Positions 60,601 to 64,000 of a DNA stretch of 64,000 nt are shown piece after piece. The notes under the pieces are model-generated. The model searched no databases and was not told where the DNA came from. It saw nothing but the letters and a program-made list of their open reading frames with translations. The stretch lies in NCBI GenBank assembly GCA_903912525.1, contig CAIWHK010000049.1, forward strand, positions 21,269-85,268, given 5' to 3'. A program made the translations under genes and the position numbers. Numbering within the stretch: position 1 is the stretch's first letter; the number at the start of each line of letters is the position of its first letter. The stretch is from an uncultured bacterium (GTDB lineage Bacteria; Krumholzibacteriota; Krumholzibacteriia; LZORAL124-64-63).

Positions 60601-60722
60601 AGGGCAGTGTCGTCTGGAACGGGACGGACCAGCGCGGCGGTCGCGCGCCGTCGGGCCTTTATTTCGTGGAGACCCGCGCCGGCGACCAGGTGGACGTGCG
60701 CAAGGTGACGATGTTGAAGTGA
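57636..60722 (+). CDS. large secreted T9SS cargo protein, paralog 2 (about 65-70% identical to paralog 1 over the N-terminal module)
   Basis: Same architecture and C-terminal domain 'YPNPFNPSVTLHYSL...GLYFVETRAGDQVDVRKVTMLK'. Confidence 0.8.
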   Translation: MTTLRHSGALMLAIAVLMAAAVAHASAAAGRSLAGVSAREWTPTSTVPVTTYGGGAGKAVVDTVTLMGPGGVYPYRGDFETVSPRPAAEGRLADGWTSIDYTSPINGWHVDTYRNPFTGKAAWCGDLAIASCGSDPAGGYGNNWYGMLEFRKTVGAAPATVRVQANVQYDCEPAYDYLMLQRRTAAAPAFEPVATGQGLSWDGIGTTAVDYTFMWTAAELLGGTDIAVAFVFDADGGWSDADCSYPSDGAARVDDVIVTVNGTATYSEDFEDGALGPDWAATPNQGVGDYARVWDSAGDLDDCAANYSRLVAFLDDGLVVPGTGGTRGTTGMDYGPGGWVVNGRGGMLGYNNGLDNSILSPVMDLPDPTAGGLTLAFDVYRHETYSTSSAGVFYTWDIRSTEGGDITQAAWVNRNFVYYGGPAWVRAVNQADDLLVPGATQAQVRLSAMQFNWFFCYGCGWGIPTPAPYFDNVNVKAYRGTGPRIVVTDIRLASDVFPASGALDLANLAANSCRFDMAANISLKTHNRNDPGDSIWIEATPRSGGTLSTPVMHWKFANKNPLFTDAHRTALASGQMEGNVAGRVTRTATGTIVANRWNFDLPDTGMLFPGDVLHYYFAATDVVAGDTRTSTAPADLAGYGRPNPLTYPAVFTVNCLPSVSDAQGTQPTILLWNDAGNRGNDDEWNTALQLLCQVGGLDYDVFNTHGAASGVGNGLGGRATVSQITGYADMLYTCGDLGAFTLSNGDYNVDAGNDLGLLEAWLGLGTRDLFAAGDDLAASLYASGTAGRDFLANRLGAAYVDGDVRDNIDGQDQPRVVRVSGNPVFTTANAWTVNGGCPTFNDFDYVTPLPGAVRLAQFTGTDGTSTPYTAAAAILKVNGTSRVVSLNHDLSYIIDNAKAASPLPYRARVISNVLDYFQAMLNFGDCYAGTPPLPGVPGSFAVTSYPNPFNPSVTLHYSLPKPGPVTMKVFDARGTLVRTLLDGPVETAEGSVVWNGTDQRGGRAPSGLYFVETRAGDQVDVRKVTMLK

Positions 60723-60752
60723 CGATGCTGAAGTGACGATGCTGAAGTGACC
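60705..60752. repeat. 14-bp tandem repeat (GTGACGATGYTGAA ×3, plus a partial copy) overlapping the stop codon of paralog 2
   Basis: gtgacgatgttgaa / gtgacgatgctgaa / gtgacgatgctgaa / gtgacc, read directly. Confidence 0.6.
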
Positions 60753-60770
60753 GCCCCGCCGGCCACCCAC

Positions 60771-60784
60771 TTGCGCCGGCGCAA
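60771..60784. repeat. REP-like palindrome copy e (ccACTTGCGCCGGCGCAAGTcacgac)
   Basis: 18-bp perfect palindrome, intergenic. Confidence 0.55.
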
Positions 60785-60824
60785 GTCACGACGGTTTCGC
60801 GGCGAGGCGCCGTGACGCATGCAG

Positions 60825-60860
60825 TGAAAACGGGCCGGGCATCACAGCCCGGCCCGTTCG
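60825..60860 (-). terminator. intrinsic terminator for the M16 peptidase gene (bidirectional hairpin between convergent genes)
   Basis: AACGGGCCGGGC-atcacag-CCCGGCCCGTT; on the minus strand it is followed by UUUUCAC. Confidence 0.55.
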
Positions 60861-60907
60861 CGTTTCCAGCCTTGGTCGCGCCCGAAGCGGCCCGACCGTG
60901 CGCCCGG

Positions 60908-63712
60908 CTACTTCACCTCGGGCAGCAGCACCACCTTCACCGTGTTGTCCGGCGCCAGCGCCTTGCGCAGCGTGGTCGTGACCAGGTCGTTGTTCAGCCC
61001 GTCGATCAGCTCGCCCCGCTTCAGGATCAGGTGCGGGTCGGTGCCCTGGCGCTGGTGGCGGGCCAGTTGGTCCAGCCAGAAGTCGTTGCGCTTGAGGGCC
61101 GTCTCGTCGTCGCGGCGCTGGGTGGCAATGACCTTGTCCAGCGTGGCCTGGTCGACGCCCACTCCGGCGACCTGGACCAACTGCTCCCACACGGCGGCCG
61201 TCAGTTCGTCGACGCGCGCGGGGTCGCAGCCCCAGCTGATCGTCAACTGGGTGTAGCCGAACGGGATCCGGTTCAGGCCGCCGCCGACGCGGACGCCGTA
61301 TGTGCCGCTCTTGTCCTCGCGGATCGCCTCGCGCAGGCGGATGCGCAGGACGTCGATCAACGCCTCCATCGCGTACTGTTCCTCCCAGCTCCAGTTGTGC
61401 TCGCCGAAGGCGTCGATCTCGACCATTGCCTTGGGTTCGGTGCCGCGGTGCAGCGTGCGCTCGCGCTTGCCGTGCGGGATGGGCACGCCCTCGTTGCGCC
61501 AGTTCTCGCTGCGGCCGTTCCCGGGCAGGTTGCCCAGCCACGTGCAGACCAGCGGCTCGGCCTTGGCCAGGTCGATGGCGCCCACCAGGAAGAACGTGAA
61601 GTCGCTGCAATCGCCGAAGCGGTCACGGTAGAAGGCCACCGAACCGGCCAGGTCGAGTTTGTCCAGGTCCTCGACGCGCGGCGGCTGCCGGCGCGGGTGT
61701 CCGCCCGTGATCATCGTCGTGACGCTGTCGCGGAACGCCGATTCGGGGTCCGCGGCGCGATTCTGCAGGAACGAGCGCTGCCGCTCAAGCAGCGACTTGA
61801 AGGCCGTGGCGTCCTCGCGCGGCGCCGTGACCAGCAGGTACGTCATCTGCATCAGCGTCTCGAGGTCCTGCGGCGATGCGTTGCCGCGCAGTCCTTCCTC
61901 GTAGCTGGAGATGTACGGCGACACGCGCACCAGCTTGCCGGCCAGCTTCTTCTGCAGGGCATTGGCGTCGAAGGCTCCGGCGCCGCTGCTGGCGACGATG
62001 CTCGCCCCCGACGTCACGCGGTCGTACTGCTCGTCGTCCAGCACCAGCGACGAGCCGCCGGGGCTGGTGGCCCACATCAGGATCTCGTCGTTCTTGAAGT
62101 CGGTGGGCTTCAGGACCACACGCACGCCGTTGGCCAGCGTCCAGGTCGTCGTGCCCAGTTCCGCGTCGCTTTCGCGCTTCGTGATCGCCACGGGCGCGGG
62201 CTGCTTCGGCACCAGCGGGGCGTCCACCGTGGCGTCGACATAGGCGGGAATGGTGCGCGCGGTGACGTCCTTCATGATCGCCGTCAGCGCCGCTTCGTCG
62301 GGGATGATCAGGCCTTCGCGTTGCGGGGCGTCGACGGTGACCACCCGGCTGCCCTTGTCGACCATCTCGCGCAGGCGCGACTCGACCTCGGGCAGGCCGA
62401 TGCCCGGCAGCAGGTCGCGGGCCAGCGCCAGCCGCTGCGTGGCGTCGGCGTAGGGCGTGCCGCGCAGGAAGTGCCCCTGCAGCGAGCGCGCCAGCCGCTG
62501 CGAATCGGTCTTGCCCATCTCGGCGGCCGACTGCTCGGCCTGCCGCAGGATCTCGGACTTGGCGCGGTCGAGCTCACCCTGCGTGAACCCGTGCTGGCGC
62601 GCCCGCTCCAGTTCCGTCAGCAGGGCCTCGAAGCCGCGCGCGACGCCGTCTTCCTTCACCTGGGCCTGCATGGCGAACGAGCCCTTCGTGCGCACCATGC
62701 GGCGGTCCATCGCAAAGGCGCCGCTGAACGGGGGATCGGCCTGCCGCGCCAGTTCGCCGAAGCGGGCGCGCAGCATGGCGTTGGCCAGCGCGCCGCGCAG
62801 GCCGTCGCGGTAGTCGCCCACCGTGGCTTCCGGCCATACCGCGTGCTTGACCTGCAGCGAGATGCCCGTGCCCGAGGCCTCGGGGTCGGTCGTGATCGCG
62901 AACAGCGTCTGGGCATGGTCGGGCACCGCCGGCTGCAGCAGCGGGCGCACCTTCGCCGGGTTCTTCAGCGGCGCGAACCGCTCGCGGATCGCCTTCTCGA
63001 TGGCGGCCGGGTCGAAGTCGCCCACGGCGACGACAGCCATCAGGTTGGGGCGGTACCAGTCGCGGTAGTAGCGGCGCAGCGTTTCGTAGGGCGCGTTGCG
63101 CAGGATCTCGGGATCGCCGATGGTGTTGCGGTCGGCGTACTTCGAGCCGTGGAAAATGACGGGCAGCTGCTTGTCGTACATGCGCTCGTCGGCGCCGCGG
63201 CCCAGCCGCCACTCCTCGATGACGACGCCGCGCTCCTTGTCGATCTCCGCATCCTCGAACGACACCTTGTGGGCCCAGTTCTCCAGGATGCGCAGGCCGG
63301 TGTCCAGCACCTCGGGCTTGTCCGTCGGCACCTGCAGCATGTACACGGTCTCGTTCTGGTTCGTGTACGCGTTGACCTCGGGGCCGAACTGCATGCCGGC
63401 GGACTCCAGGTAGTCGATCAGCGCCTGCTTCGGGAAGTCCTCGGTGCCGTTGAAGCACATGTGCTCGATGAGGTGCGCCAGACCCAGCTGGTCGTCGTCC
63501 TCGTCGACGGCGCCCGCGCCCACCACCAGCCACAGCGCCGCGCGCTGCTCGGGCTTCGCGTTCTGCCGGATGTAGTAGCGCAGGCCATTGGGCAGTGTGC
63601 CCGTGGTGACCGCGGGATCGACGGGCAGGGGGGCCGTCAGTTCGAGGGCCGGCGCCAGGGCGGGCACGAGCAGGATCGTGAACGCCAGCAGGCAGAGCAG
63701 GCGGCGGGTCAT
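60908..63712 (-). CDS. M16 family zinc metallopeptidase (pitrilysin-like, two M16 units), secreted
   Basis: Inverted zinc motif 'HLIEHMCFNG' (HxxEH); signal peptide; 934 aa. Confidence 0.85.
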   Translation of the reverse strand: MTRRLLCLLAFTILLVPALAPALELTAPLPVDPAVTTGTLPNGLRYYIRQNAKPEQRAALWLVVGAGAVDEDDDQLGLAHLIEHMCFNGTEDFPKQALIDYLESAGMQFGPEVNAYTNQNETVYMLQVPTDKPEVLDTGLRILENWAHKVSFEDAEIDKERGVVIEEWRLGRGADERMYDKQLPVIFHGSKYADRNTIGDPEILRNAPYETLRRYYRDWYRPNLMAVVAVGDFDPAAIEKAIRERFAPLKNPAKVRPLLQPAVPDHAQTLFAITTDPEASGTGISLQVKHAVWPEATVGDYRDGLRGALANAMLRARFGELARQADPPFSGAFAMDRRMVRTKGSFAMQAQVKEDGVARGFEALLTELERARQHGFTQGELDRAKSEILRQAEQSAAEMGKTDSQRLARSLQGHFLRGTPYADATQRLALARDLLPGIGLPEVESRLREMVDKGSRVVTVDAPQREGLIIPDEAALTAIMKDVTARTIPAYVDATVDAPLVPKQPAPVAITKRESDAELGTTTWTLANGVRVVLKPTDFKNDEILMWATSPGGSSLVLDDEQYDRVTSGASIVASSGAGAFDANALQKKLAGKLVRVSPYISSYEEGLRGNASPQDLETLMQMTYLLVTAPREDATAFKSLLERQRSFLQNRAADPESAFRDSVTTMITGGHPRRQPPRVEDLDKLDLAGSVAFYRDRFGDCSDFTFFLVGAIDLAKAEPLVCTWLGNLPGNGRSENWRNEGVPIPHGKRERTLHRGTEPKAMVEIDAFGEHNWSWEEQYAMEALIDVLRIRLREAIREDKSGTYGVRVGGGLNRIPFGYTQLTISWGCDPARVDELTAAVWEQLVQVAGVGVDQATLDKVIATQRRDDETALKRNDFWLDQLARHQRQGTDPHLILKRGELIDGLNNDLVTTTLRKALAPDNTVKVVLLPEVK

Positions 63713-63830
63713 GGAGGCTTCCTTTCACCGGGGGAGCAGTCGCCGGGCGCGCAAGGGGCCCGGCCAGACGGTAACTTGTAGCACCGGGCGGGGTTGGCGG
63801 TCAATGTCGCCGCGCGCCCATCGCCGGGGG

Positions 63831-63860
63831 TTGACGTCCGTGACTGAAACAGGATAAAAT
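63831..63860 (+). promoter_or_regulatory. candidate promoter TTGACG-N17-ATAAAAT for the downstream partial gene
   Basis: Hexamers read directly in the divergent intergenic region. Confidence 0.3.
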
Positions 63861-63929
63861 ATACCCGAAACACAAACGGGCGTTCGATGTGCCCGGTCGC
63901 CAGCCGGTCCAACCGAGGGATACAACCCA

Positions 63930-64000
63930 TGTCGCCCAATCGTTCCCGCCTGAGTCCTGCGTTGCGGATCGTCCAGGGGGCGCTCCTGGCCATCATTGCC
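63930..64000 (+). CDS. 5' end of an unidentified ORF (MSPNRSRLSPALRIVQGALLAIIA...), truncated by the window end
   Basis: ATG with an open frame to the window edge; too short to assign a function. Confidence 0.25.

Overview
This is a high-GC (about 70%) bacterial chromosomal segment with dense, mostly overlapping genes. Four large secreted proteins carry the same C-terminal T9SS-type sorting domain ('NPFNP...' β-sandwich), which suggests an FCB-group/Gemmatimonadota-like organism. Recognisable blocks are listed below in order.

- **Window start:** an Omp85-type β-barrel C-terminus, a SAM methyltransferase, and a giant Calx-β repeat protein that is T9SS cargo.
- **Small genes and secreted proteins:** a small flagellar-rod-motif protein, a PLP aminotransferase, and two secreted hypothetical proteins.
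- **HesB/IscA-like tandem pair:** two A-type Fe-S carrier genes. The downstream copy has an in-frame TGA exactly where the upstream copy has the conserved Cys, so it is a candidate HesB-like selenoprotein.
- **Respiratory operon:** DUF2461, gpmI, then a caa3-type cytochrome oxidase operon (sco1-ctaD-ctaE-coxD-ctaC-ctaB).
- **Mg2+ transport and sulfatase maturation:** corA, followed by a Tat-exported sulfatase and its formylglycine-generating enzyme.
- **Thiamine salvage operon:** a TPP (THI-box) riboswitch with an intrinsic terminator, followed by a TonB-dependent receptor, thiamine pyrophosphokinase, an SSS transporter and a small membrane protein.
- **Transport, protease and Fe-S assembly:** an MFS transporter, an S8 protease, and a sufCBDSUT operon with no sufA.
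- **Glycosyltransferase-like protein:** a TMTC/PMT-like TPR membrane protein.
- **Heme biosynthesis cluster:** ten genes on one strand (hemC-hemD-hemB-hemL-hemE-hemN-hemH-hemY-ccsA-like-hemA). hemE is interrupted by a single in-frame TAG.
- **Window end:** two tandem paralogous ~1000-aa T9SS cargo proteins of unknown function, and an M16 zinc peptidase.

A REP-like palindrome (ACTTGCGCCGGCGCAAGT) occurs at least five times between genes. No rRNA, tRNA, CRISPR array or obvious mobile element was seen.
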